Positions 19,318-28,600 of a stretch of DNA of 64,000 nucleotides are shown here, in pieces. The notes under the pieces are model-generated. The model was given only the letters and a program-made list of their open reading frames with translations. It ran no database searches and had not been told where the DNA came from. The translations under genes and the position numbers were made by a program. The stretch's first letter is position 1. Every line of letters begins with the position of its first letter. Origin of the DNA: Candidatus Bathyarchaeum tardum (lineage in GTDB: Archaea; Thermoproteota; Bathyarchaeia; Bathyarchaeales; Bathyarchaeaceae); NCBI GenBank assembly GCA_024650005.2, contig CP122380.1, positions 416,001 to 480,000 on the forward strand, written 5' to 3'.

Positions 19318-20220
19318 TTAGTCGAGTATGGTTTCCCATTTGTCAACCAGATCTAAGACTGGTTTGCCGCCATAGCCATCCAAAAATTCGCGAAGTTTTA
19401 CGTCTTCGACGCATTTTCTTTGGAAGTTTTTCATGATTTGAGCGTTTGCGGCTAGGAAGATGAGTCCGTCTACGCCAGTTCGGGCAATACGACAAGCTGT
19501 TTTGAGTAGTTGGGTGTGGTTTTCAAGTTCGTTAGGGTCGTCGCCTGGACCTTGAATGTACAGACCTGGATATACTGGTTTTTTAAGTAATTTCTTGAAT
19601 GAACGAGCCATTGTTTCAAAATACCAGGGGCTTGCATAGGTCTTTGACCAGTGTGGAACAACAAAGGCTGTTGCAAATTCTGCTAGGGCGTCAAAGTCTA
19701 GGCCGAAGCGTTCATAGCAGTTAACTGGGTCAGGAAGTAATCCAACATAGAATGGTTTGTTTTTCACTCGTTCTTTAGCTGCACCGATGAAATCTGTTAC
19801 TGTTTGTGCTCTCCATTCAAGCAAGTCCATGCCGCTTTTGGCGTGGGCTGCTTTGCATCTTGGGCATATGCAGAATCCGTGGTCCGCTACGTGCATGCTG
19901 CTGACGGTGATTCCTTTGGTGTATTCTGCGGTTTTTTCGATTAGGTCAAGCATGTAATCAATCATTTGTTTTTCTTGGTTGCAGACGATGTCCCAACGTA
20001 GGTTGTAGTATTTGTTCGTTCGCAGTGCAGGTCCGTGGGCAGATTGGGCAACCCAATCGGGGTGTTGTTCTGCCATGTTGTTGTCGCCGAAACATGCAAT
20101 GTTGGTTGTCATTTCAGGATTTGGAGTTCCAACAATTCCTCGTTCTGATTTAAGACGGTATACTTGTAGATCGAATCCTTCAACAGGAGTAGGTTCATAA
20201 ATGAACATTCCAAACTTCAA
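19318..20220 (-). CDS. Uncharacterised CxCxxC barrel protein, paralog 2
   Basis: WDIVC, HVADHGFCICPRC, EWRAQTVTDF, PDP..RFGLDF and GPGDDPN. Confidence 0.7.
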   Translation of the reverse strand: MKFGMFIYEPTPVEGFDLQVYRLKSERGIVGTPNPEMTTNIACFGDNNMAEQHPDWVAQSAHGPALRTNKYYNLRWDIVCNQEKQMIDYMLDLIEKTAEYTKGITVSSMHVADHGFCICPRCKAAHAKSGMDLLEWRAQTVTDFIGAAKERVKNKPFYVGLLPDPVNCYERFGLDFDALAEFATAFVVPHWSKTYASPWYFETMARSFKKLLKKPVYPGLYIQGPGDDPNELENHTQLLKTACRIARTGVDGLIFLAANAQIMKNFQRKCVEDVKLREFLDGYGGKPVLDLVDKWETILD

Positions 20221-20327
20221 AGCTGATTCCTCTTCAGAATCGAGAACTTACTTAAAGTAAGCTATAAGGATTGCGACATAATCAGACAAAAGCCAACAAG
20301 CGCATTATTAATGCCCAATCGCTGTTT

Positions 20328-21476
20328 TCAGTCTTTTTGTTTTTCTAAAGTATTCAAATAAACACAATGCATAACTGCAGAAAGAACACTTCTGGTAAAC
20401 CAGCCCATTTCATCAGAAAAGGTTGAACTCAAATAATCTGGTCTAACAAATTTGAACTCTGCTTCTTGTTTTGACAAGTAATCTGTTACTGCCTTTTGCA
20501 GAATCTTATGAAGAACAAAATCATCCGTTTCTTCGTTATTTTTGCCTTCAGGAATCAAGTTAGTTTTCACATCTTCATCCAACCGCAATGCAGCAATGAC
20601 TAAAGCTGCGATGTTTTGGTCAGCTAACACTTGTTTGAATTCTTTAATGAACTGTTCACGTTTTTCTAGATTGTTTCGAAGAATTGGACGAATCTGTGAG
20701 AATAAAATTGTCAAGTTTTCAACGGTTACTCCCCTTTCTTCTAACCTTCTTGTTAGAGACCGGTTGGAGTACATGTTTTCTTGCTTGAAAATAGCTGATT
20801 TCAGGGCAACCTTGACTGATTTACCAATCAACTCTCCTATTATTGTGCCGCTGCCTGCATACTTTATGGTGTTCCCATGTTTTGTGCATGCAATTACTAC
20901 GCTGTCTGTTACTGTTCCGGTGGCTACTTCCCCGGAAAAACGGCTTCTAACGTCAAGCTCTCTTAGTGCAGCTGCTTTTGCTTCAGTTGCTGAAACAATT
21001 GCGTTAACCATGCAGCTCTCCGTAAGATTACCATCGACTACAATAATCGTGTTTATGGTGCCCCATTTCTTTGGAGGAAACGCAACCTGCTTTGAAGCTA
21101 TTTCATCTCCTGGTGTGGCCGCAAAATATGCCCCTGCAGTAACAAAGGTTGTTAACGTGAGGTCCTGAAACTTTTCTGAAACTACTTCAACATTTGTCAT
21201 TCGCGCAGCAGTCATTATCGCTACTACATTATCTTGAGGAATGCCTGCTTTAGTTATTTCATCTAACAAAAAGTCTCGGGCATCCCTGTGAACCTTGTCA
21301 TCAACATCACTACCCGTGTCTTCTGATACCTGCACATTAATTATGCAGTTTGCCTTTTGTGTACCCCCATTCAAAACCGCTGAACTCAATATTTTCAAAG
21401 GAAATTTTGATTTCAAAATCAGTTTGTTTTCTTGTATTTCAGCTTCAAAAGAGTCAATGTTGGTTTCGAGTTTCAT
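20328..21476 (-). CDS. cbiZ: Adenosylcobinamide amidohydrolase CbiZ fused to a CobZ-like domain (CbiS architecture)
   Basis: LSSAVLNGG, MTAA, VTAG, GTINTIIV, ATEAKAAAL and ATGTVTDSV; C-terminal ~140 aa from LEERGVT resembles archaeal CobZ. Confidence 0.85.
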   Translation of the reverse strand: MKLETNIDSFEAEIQENKLILKSKFPLKILSSAVLNGGTQKANCIINVQVSEDTGSDVDDKVHRDARDFLLDEITKAGIPQDNVVAIMTAARMTNVEVVSEKFQDLTLTTFVTAGAYFAATPGDEIASKQVAFPPKKWGTINTIIVVDGNLTESCMVNAIVSATEAKAAALRELDVRSRFSGEVATGTVTDSVVIACTKHGNTIKYAGSGTIIGELIGKSVKVALKSAIFKQENMYSNRSLTRRLEERGVTVENLTILFSQIRPILRNNLEKREQFIKEFKQVLADQNIAALVIAALRLDEDVKTNLIPEGKNNEETDDFVLHKILQKAVTDYLSKQEAEFKFVRPDYLSSTFSDEMGWFTRSVLSAVMHCVYLNTLEKQKD

Positions 21477-21630
21477 CAGTTATTTTCCTTCTTTATTTTT
21501 GTTAGAAATGATAGCCAATCATTGTTTGGGTTAGTTCATTTCTATTTTCAGGGTGATTTCTACTGTGGAACTCCCTTTTGTTATTTATGCCATAAACGAA
21601 ATTTACACTTTACAAAAACACAAAAATTGT

Positions 21631-21819
21631 TTAGCTTCTGTCTAGTGTTATTGCCTTTTTTTGGCATAGGTCTTCGCAGATTCCACAAAGTGTGCAGGAG
21701 TCTATGTCAACTATGACTGGTTTGTTGTCTTCTATGTTGAAAACTGCCATCGCACAACAGTCAACACAAGTGTAAATGTCACATTCTTTGCATTTGACGT
21801 AATCAATTTTTATGTTCAT
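21631..21819 (-). CDS. Small 2[4Fe-4S]-type ferredoxin
   Basis: CKECDIYTCVDCC and CTLCGICEDLC; SD GGTG 6 nt before ATG at 21819. Confidence 0.85.
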   Translation of the reverse strand: MNIKIDYVKCKECDIYTCVDCCAMAVFNIEDNKPVIVDIDSCTLCGICEDLCQKKAITLDRS

Positions 21820-21906
21820 ATGATGCACCAAGTGGGGTTTAACGTAAAAATAATTATTGTCATCGGATTTAAACTTAAAGATGATTGCGATTTGCTTTTG
21901 TAACCT

Positions 21907-22129
21907 AGAATTCTTGTGGTGGCAAGGTAATATGGTGTGCGTGCTTCTAGACCATAAGGATAGCTGAGTTCGGTGTTAAGAGGATTTACACGCTACCTCT
22001 CTGTTTCAGTTAGGTGTGCTAGCCAATTTTATTCAGGTTCAGTTAGCCAAAACCAACTGGTCTGGTTGACAAAGCAGCTAACTATACTTCCGTTACGAGA
22101 GCTATTTGTCCCCTGCCACACTAAATTCT
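21907..22129 (-). ncRNA. Candidate structured non-coding RNA (~210 nt, family unassigned)
   Basis: Closing helix 21919-21927/22111-22119, five internal helices and complementary loops; 94/210 GC (my count) versus AT-rich flanks; TATA-like TTTATG ~25 nt upstream on the minus strand. Confidence 0.6.
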
Positions 22130-22334
22130 TTGCTCGTTTCTTGCATAAATGCCTTGTTGACCAAAAAATTTTCAAAATTCTACAAAAAATTAGGGTGTTC
22201 ATTTAAATACTCATATTAAAAAATCGTAAGACATCGGTTTTCTGGTCTATGGTTCCTCATTTTTCAGAACCAAATTAAAATAGTTCTATTAGGTTTTTAA
22301 TTAAAGACATTATCCGACAAAGAGGTTAACCGAA

Positions 22335-23225
22335 TTGAAGATTGGAACCGTAATTTATGAGCCTACAATCGTTAAAGGCTATGACATTTCAGTTTATTAC
22401 TCAAAACGTGTCGACGGCGTGTTAGGAAAACCCGCAAAAGGCATGTACAATGATATCACCTGTTTTGTTGACGCAAAAACCCTACGAAGACGACCCGAAC
22501 TGGTGGCTCTTTCTCCGTTTGGTCCTGCAACCCGAGCAAACAAGGCACTTACTCTTCCTTGGGATTTTGTTTGTCCAACAAACGAAGAATACCAAAACCA
22601 CGTTCTAGACTTCATCAAAGAAACTGCCCACGAAGAGGTAGAAGGCGTAACCCTTTGTTTGTATCATTTTCCTGAGGAAAAATTTTGCACCTGTGGTGGA
22701 TGCTCTAAAAAACAAAAAGAAAGTGGACTTGACTGGTTAGAATGGCGCGCCCAAACAGTAACTGATTTTGTCCGAAGGGCAAAAGAACTAGTTTCTCAAC
22801 CTTTTGGAGTAGAAATCTGGCCCGACCCCATTTTGGCTAAAGAACGCTTCGGTCTAGACTTTAATGCGATTGCAGAATATGTAGATTATTTCCATGTTCC
22901 CTTATCTTCCAGTAGTTACGTGACAATGTACTGGGTAGACACCTTAACCCGAGACTTTTTGAAGATTCTCAAAAAACCAATGTTTGTCGAGTTAAGCGCA
23001 GAAATTCCTCGACCCATAGAAACTAAGGCTCTTCTTAGAACGGTTGCGTATCTTTCAAACTACAACCTAGAAGCTATTCTGCTTTTGGTCCATGATGCAG
23101 AACGAGCCAAAGATATTTGTCGAACCGCAATAAACGATACCAACTACCGAAACTGGGTAGACAAATTCGGTTTCGAAAACATGAGCAAAATCATCGAAAA
23201 ATGGGAAAAAATCTACGGACTATAA
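22335..23225 (+). CDS. Uncharacterised CxCxxC barrel protein, paralog 3
   Basis: WDFVC, HFPEEKFCTCGGC, EWRAQTVTDF and PDP..RFGLDF; SD GAGGT before TTG. Confidence 0.7.
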   Translation: MKIGTVIYEPTIVKGYDISVYYSKRVDGVLGKPAKGMYNDITCFVDAKTLRRRPELVALSPFGPATRANKALTLPWDFVCPTNEEYQNHVLDFIKETAHEEVEGVTLCLYHFPEEKFCTCGGCSKKQKESGLDWLEWRAQTVTDFVRRAKELVSQPFGVEIWPDPILAKERFGLDFNAIAEYVDYFHVPLSSSSYVTMYWVDTLTRDFLKILKKPMFVELSAEIPRPIETKALLRTVAYLSNYNLEAILLLVHDAERAKDICRTAINDTNYRNWVDKFGFENMSKIIEKWEKIYGL

Positions 23226-23249
23226 CCTGCTTGTAGCTTGATTTACTGT

Positions 23250-24032
23250 TTATTTTGCTGTTGCACGTTTGAATTTTCGCAGTTTGGTTATGTTCAAATC
23301 TGCAGAAACAATTTTTGTGTTTATTTCATCTTTTGCATGGCTGAGTAGTCCCCATGGAGAAATTATTGCACTGTTTCCACCTTTAGAACGGGATCTGGTG
23401 TTCCCGTTTTTCAGGATAAACACCTTGTTGTCTTCTGCTCTTTTTGTGGTAAGGGGATGCCCTTTCACGTGGGGGTGCGTTCTTGATGCCGAAACAGGCA
23501 AGAAAATAACTTCAGCGCCTCGAGATGCCAAACTTTTCACTGTCCGTGGATAAAACACGTCTGCACATATCAAAATTCCAACTTTGCAATATTCTGTTTC
23601 AAAAACTTTGAAAGTGCTACCAACATGCAATCCAACTCGTTTTTCCCAGTCCGTGAGATGCATTTTGTGAAATTTTCCCAGAATCTTTCCATTTTTCAAA
23701 AACAAACAAGTGTTGTAGTAGTTGCCTCTGAATTTTTCAAAAACTGTTCCTCCAACGATGTAAGCATCAACATCTTTAGAAACTCGTTTCAACATATTAA
23801 CTGCTGGTCCGTGGGTCTGTTCTGATATTGATTCAATCCGTGTTCTGTCCTCAACACTTGCAGGAAAAGGAAAATACTCGGGCAAACAAATGAATTTTGA
23901 GTCTTCATCCGCTGCTTTGTACAACATTTTTTCTGCGGTTTTCAAGTTCTCTTCAGGAGATTCGCTGATTTGCATATGAATCAAACTAACTTTCATAAGG
24001 TCACGAACCCTTTTGCCATATTGGGCTATCAA
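23250..24032 (-). CDS. Carbon-nitrogen hydrolase (nitrilase superfamily); probable start at MKVSLIHMQ
   Basis: Glu-Lys-Cys triad in LPEYF, FHKMHL and ILICAD. Confidence 0.88.
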   Translation of the reverse strand: MIAQYGKRVRDLMKVSLIHMQISESPEENLKTAEKMLYKAADEDSKFICLPEYFPFPASVEDRTRIESISEQTHGPAVNMLKRVSKDVDAYIVGGTVFEKFRGNYYNTCLFLKNGKILGKFHKMHLTDWEKRVGLHVGSTFKVFETEYCKVGILICADVFYPRTVKSLASRGAEVIFLPVSASRTHPHVKGHPLTTKRAEDNKVFILKNGNTRSRSKGGNSAIISPWGLLSHAKDEINTKIVSADLNITKLRKFKRATAK

Positions 24033-24150
24033 AGCTGCTAATAAAGATTCAATCGCATTTTGATGATTGAAACATCATTGGTTTGATTTTAATACTTAAT
24101 CCTGACAAAGAACTGCATAAGAAAACCTTCTAAACTAAGGGGCACAATAC

Positions 24151-25344
24151 ATGGAAAACAAGTTGAAACTAGCTGTCTTCAATACCCAGCCGCCTCACCT
24201 TTACTTTGGAGGCGTTGAACGCCGAATACTTGAAACAGCGAAACAGTTGTCAGATAAAGTTGACACCAACGTGTACAGTGGAACAAAAAACGGCTTCAAG
24301 AAAACCACTTCCGTTAACGGTATACGTATTGTTCCCTGCAAGTCAACGGACAAAGTTTTTCCCTTAGACAACTGGGTTTTCAACCGTTGTTTATCTAAAA
24401 TGGTCAACAAAATAGATGCCGAGGTTTACGAAGCCCATGCCGTTAGTGGTTACGGGTTCTTGAATGCTTTAAAAAAACACAAAATCAGTAAACCTTTCAT
24501 ACAAACCGTTCACGGCGTTTTGGCAGACGAATACATTCAATCGTCAAAAGTATTTTCGCCGTCCTTGAAAACTAAACTTTCGAATTTTTTCATGAAGCAC
24601 CTTGGAAACATCGAAAAAGAAGCAGCCCAAAAAGCAACCTTAGTGGTTACTATAAGCAATTATTCTTTCAAAAAAATTGTTGATTTATACGGAATTGATC
24701 CGAAAAAAATCCGTATAGTTCCCAACGGCGTAGACCTACAACGGTTCAAACCAGACAATGAATACCAAGAAGCCAAAAAACTAGTTGGTGATACTCCTGA
24801 GCATGTTGTATTATTTGTGGGTAATCTAATTCCCCGAAAAGGTTTACATTTTCTTGTTGACGCCGCAAAATATGTAATCAAAGAAAACAAAAATACAAAG
24901 TTTGTAGTGGTTGGAGACGGGCCCCTCAAAGACAACCTGATTTCTTATTCTCACCAGCAAGGGGTCTTTGATAATTTTGCTTTTTTGGGCAGGGTTTCAG
25001 ATTCAATATTGCCTCAACTTTACAATTATGCTGACCTTTTTGTCTCTCCGTCTGTTCAAGAAGGCCAAGGAATAACATTTCTGGAAGCACAAGCTTCTGC
25101 AAAACCTGTTGTTGCTTTCAATGTTTCTGCAATAGCGGAGGTAGTAAAACACAAACAAACCGGATATCTCGTTGAACCTAATAACCAACAACTAGGCAAC
25201 GCAATTTCAGACCTTCTAGCCAACGACAATTTACGCGAAAAAATGGGAAAACGTGGACGTGAATTTGTTAGTAATATGTTTTCTTGGAATGTTACTTCCC
25301 AGAAACTGTTTCAAGTTTATTCTGAAGTTACCCAAACACCGTAG
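24151..25344 (+). CDS. Glycosyltransferase family 4
   Basis: GGVER, TVHG, PNGVD, RKG and EGQGITFLEAQAS (EX7E). Confidence 0.92.
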   Translation: MENKLKLAVFNTQPPHLYFGGVERRILETAKQLSDKVDTNVYSGTKNGFKKTTSVNGIRIVPCKSTDKVFPLDNWVFNRCLSKMVNKIDAEVYEAHAVSGYGFLNALKKHKISKPFIQTVHGVLADEYIQSSKVFSPSLKTKLSNFFMKHLGNIEKEAAQKATLVVTISNYSFKKIVDLYGIDPKKIRIVPNGVDLQRFKPDNEYQEAKKLVGDTPEHVVLFVGNLIPRKGLHFLVDAAKYVIKENKNTKFVVVGDGPLKDNLISYSHQQGVFDNFAFLGRVSDSILPQLYNYADLFVSPSVQEGQGITFLEAQASAKPVVAFNVSAIAEVVKHKQTGYLVEPNNQQLGNAISDLLANDNLREKMGKRGREFVSNMFSWNVTSQKLFQVYSEVTQTP

Positions 25345-25347
25345 TTG

Positions 25348-28227
25348 TTATCCCATAATAGCAACAGGCGAACCTTTCTTTCTTTTTCTAACAAACATGT
25401 AACCAATTATTATTGCTACGGCTGCCACAATTATTATTCCTGCTATTAATGTAATATTGTCTAGGGGCATAATTGAATCCTGTGACTGGGATGTCTGGTC
25501 TTGTTGCTCTTCAGGCGTTGAAGGTTGTTCTGTTTCTATTGTTTCTTGTTCATCTGTAACAGTAAAGGCTCGTTCCTCAGTTTGCATGATGTATGTTGGT
25601 CCTGAACATCGAATAGTGGCTGTCCATTCTCCGTTAATGTCTGGTTTGCACTCAAAACTGAATGTTCCATCATTTTGGGCAATAATTTCCATAGTTTGTG
25701 TGTCGCCATTTGGGTTGGTGACCGTAACCTTTACTGGAGTGTATGCAATTGCTGGCTCAAGTTGACCACAAGCAGTAAGTGTATTGCCCTTTTCTACCGT
25801 GTTTTTGTCAAATTCGACATAAATCTGACCAAGTATGGTTGTTTTGCCGTCAACACAGTAAACTTTGCCGTCGTTGCATCCAAAGTATACTTGTCCTTCG
25901 TAAACTGAAGGAGCTGACCAACTGTTAGAATTAGTATCAAAAAATCCTAGCCTGTATCCATCTGTGGCGTTAAGAACGTAAACAAATCGCCTATCTGTGG
26001 TAACGTAGATGTTTCCACCTCCATAAGTTGGCGTGGTGTAAAGTTCGGTTCCTATCCAGCTCTTCCAGATAACTTCACCGTTATTGGCGTCAAGAGCGGT
26101 AATGAAAAACATGTCAACAACATACACTTGACCCTCATAATATGCTGGAGATGCAATCAAGTACCCTCCAATGCCTTCAGTGCCTTCAGTGGTAACATAT
26201 GTCCATTCTATCTCTCCAGTTTCCACGTTTATACCGTAATAATTCTGCTTGTTTGCAGCAACAAACACCAATCCATCCCCCACAGTTGGAGAAGCATGCA
26301 TGTCAGTGCCTCTGTCTTGGACTACCACATAGGGAATATCACATTTCCAAACTAGAGAACCATCATCAGCGTCTATCTTGTACAATGCACCGCTGCTTGA
26401 CTCCATAGAAGTGATATAAATTGCTCCCTTTGAAGCTGCAGGTGAAGCAGTAATGTACCCTCCAGTTTCATAAGCCCAAACAACATCACCATTATCAGCA
26501 TTAAAACAATACAAGTTAGCGTCTAACGAACCAACGTACACTCTATTCCCTAATACTATTGGTGAAGAACGAATTCCCGTAACCGCCTTGAAGGCGGCTT
26601 CAACAAATCCACCAGCATAAGTTTTCCAGATTAGCCTACCTGATATTGCATCCAAACAGTAAACGTATCCATCATCAGGACCAACATACACTTTTCCATT
26701 AGATACCGCCAGTGACGACTTAATTCTAGCTTCTGTTGCAAAACTCCAGTAGAATCTGCCGTCGTTGGCGTCAACACAATAAACATTTTTGTCTTGAGAA
26801 CCAAAATAAACTCGATCATCAGCAATTACTGGAGTAGAACCGACTCCTCCATTGGTTTCAAAACTCCATCTCAAATTTAGTTCTGAAGGTCCTAACTCGC
26901 TTGCTCCAGTGTTTTCTGAATCGTTACGCCACATGGACCATGATTCACTGGTGCCTCCAATAGCCCAAACTTGGTTGTATGTTTCGTATTGGTCCATTGT
27001 CATTTCTTTGATAAATCCTGGAATTATGTACAAGTTACCATATGCAACTGCAATAGAGTCTCGTGGACAATGGGTTTCAATATCCATTTCCCAAATTACT
27101 TCTCCAGTGAAAGCGTCCAAACAAACAAACTCAGATTTGCTGTACTCTAACGTGTAAGGGTCATAGGATGCTCGTTGTCCTGTTGTAGCGTAGACTTTGC
27201 CATCTGCAACCACTGGCCATCCTGGCCAAAACAGGTAACCTGGTCCCTCATATTTCCATACAAGTTGACCTGTGTTAACATCCAAAGCGTAAAGATTCCC
27301 ATCCTTGTTAAGTTCATAAACAATGTCGTAGGCTACTGCACTGCCGCTAATCCAGTATCCCAGATGGCTTCCAGGATTGTATTTCCACAAAATTTGTCCA
27401 GTTTCAGCATCAAAACAGTAGAACGTGTTGTCTTGTTCCCCTGCTTTGAGGAGTTTTCCTTCATAGTATGAGCCTGAAAAACTCATTGCACTGTTTGTTT
27501 CTGTTTCCCACAAAACATCACCAGTTCTGGCGTTAAGGGCAATTTGGTAAGTTTCAAAAGTTCCTGGGAAGACTTTTCCATCTCCATATTGTATTCCTGT
27601 TCCAGACGATGTGCTGCCTGAAATATATGTTTCCCATGCTAATGTTGGAGGTTCTGATGGATTTGAGAAGTCCCATGCTTCAACTACCGAGTCCCCATGA
27701 ACATAAAACATCTTTTCTTCTGGACTGTAAACACTTTCCGACCAATAGGAGACTTTTGCAGAAAACTTGTCACTGGTCCATAATATTTCTCCAGTTTCGG
27801 TTTGAACACAATATGGTCCCACAACAAGACGTTCATCATCAATTTTGAAAACTGCGGGCCACCTTTGACTATTCGGAAAGGTGGTGTTCCAAATTATGGT
27901 GCCTGTGTCCTTGTCTAGGGCAATAACACTGGTTGTTGTTGTAACTAAAACTTTACCATTAAATGCTGTGATGTAACTTTGGATTCCTTCTATGGTTGTT
28001 TTCCATAATATCTGTGTTGTTTCTGGGGCTGTGCCTTCTGAGAATCTAGTAAATGCTGAATCACCATGAATTTGTGGCCATTCATACTGCAAAAAATCAT
28101 CATTTGTGCTATTGCTAGTGACGGAACTATCTGCAGGGAATACAGCAACAGATTCCACAACCAGTAACGTAACTAAAAGGAGCAACCCTATCAGGTAGGA
28201 GTAATTTGTTTTTTTCATAAATTTCAC
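25348..28227 (-). CDS. Membrane-anchored surface protein with two tandem PQQ-like beta-propeller domains
   Basis: Signal peptide; repeated VYxGxxDxxxYCxDAxxGxxxW blades in two blocks; Ig-like domain; Q/T/S-rich linker; C-terminal TM plus RKRKK. Confidence 0.85.
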   Translation of the reverse strand: MKFMKKTNYSYLIGLLLLVTLLVVESVAVFPADSSVTSNSTNDDFLQYEWPQIHGDSAFTRFSEGTAPETTQILWKTTIEGIQSYITAFNGKVLVTTTTSVIALDKDTGTIIWNTTFPNSQRWPAVFKIDDERLVVGPYCVQTETGEILWTSDKFSAKVSYWSESVYSPEEKMFYVHGDSVVEAWDFSNPSEPPTLAWETYISGSTSSGTGIQYGDGKVFPGTFETYQIALNARTGDVLWETETNSAMSFSGSYYEGKLLKAGEQDNTFYCFDAETGQILWKYNPGSHLGYWISGSAVAYDIVYELNKDGNLYALDVNTGQLVWKYEGPGYLFWPGWPVVADGKVYATTGQRASYDPYTLEYSKSEFVCLDAFTGEVIWEMDIETHCPRDSIAVAYGNLYIIPGFIKEMTMDQYETYNQVWAIGGTSESWSMWRNDSENTGASELGPSELNLRWSFETNGGVGSTPVIADDRVYFGSQDKNVYCVDANDGRFYWSFATEARIKSSLAVSNGKVYVGPDDGYVYCLDAISGRLIWKTYAGGFVEAAFKAVTGIRSSPIVLGNRVYVGSLDANLYCFNADNGDVVWAYETGGYITASPAASKGAIYITSMESSSGALYKIDADDGSLVWKCDIPYVVVQDRGTDMHASPTVGDGLVFVAANKQNYYGINVETGEIEWTYVTTEGTEGIGGYLIASPAYYEGQVYVVDMFFITALDANNGEVIWKSWIGTELYTTPTYGGGNIYVTTDRRFVYVLNATDGYRLGFFDTNSNSWSAPSVYEGQVYFGCNDGKVYCVDGKTTILGQIYVEFDKNTVEKGNTLTACGQLEPAIAYTPVKVTVTNPNGDTQTMEIIAQNDGTFSFECKPDINGEWTATIRCSGPTYIMQTEERAFTVTDEQETIETEQPSTPEEQQDQTSQSQDSIMPLDNITLIAGIIIVAAVAIIIGYMFVRKRKKGSPVAIMG

Positions 28228-28600
28228 GTCAATAAACTATTTGTGCAGTAAAGATTTTTTATCCTGGTTTCATCATCCACTTGTTTTTTGTTGTAAATTC
28301 TGAATTAAAGGTTTCTGCAAATAACAGTTCAACAAATGTTTCTTCATCTCTGGAAAAAGGTGACCACTTTTTGATTATAATTTAGCTTTTTTTGGTGTTT
28401 GGTTTTTTGTTGTTTATAATTAACGCATTTTATTAATCTTTTAGGAAGATTTTTTCCTTTTTTATATTATATCTTATGTAATACTACAATTTTTTATTTA
28501 TTACGGAGGTTTTAGTAAAAAACTTAAGTTAGTATCGATATTAAACGGAAAAGTTAAATACAGTTTATCAAGTTTCTACATAATTCCGGATGGTTATTTT

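Noticed and set aside
21907-22129. Assignment as canonical cobalamin riboswitch, RNase P RNA or SRP RNA
   Set aside because: It lacks the AGGGAA/GCCACUG/B12-box core, the GAGGAAAGUCC of RNase P and the SRP helix 8 motif. Only a terminal ACCUUGCC resemblance is present.
21973-22206. 77-aa ORF overlapping the structured intergenic region
   Set aside because: No recognisable motif or clear SD; the nested helices are better explained as RNA structure.
25348-28227. PQQ-dependent dehydrogenase or PQQ biosynthesis with the neighbouring SPASM as PqqE
   Set aside because: Only generic propeller blades are seen, there is no pqqA-D, and the architecture fits an anchored surface protein.
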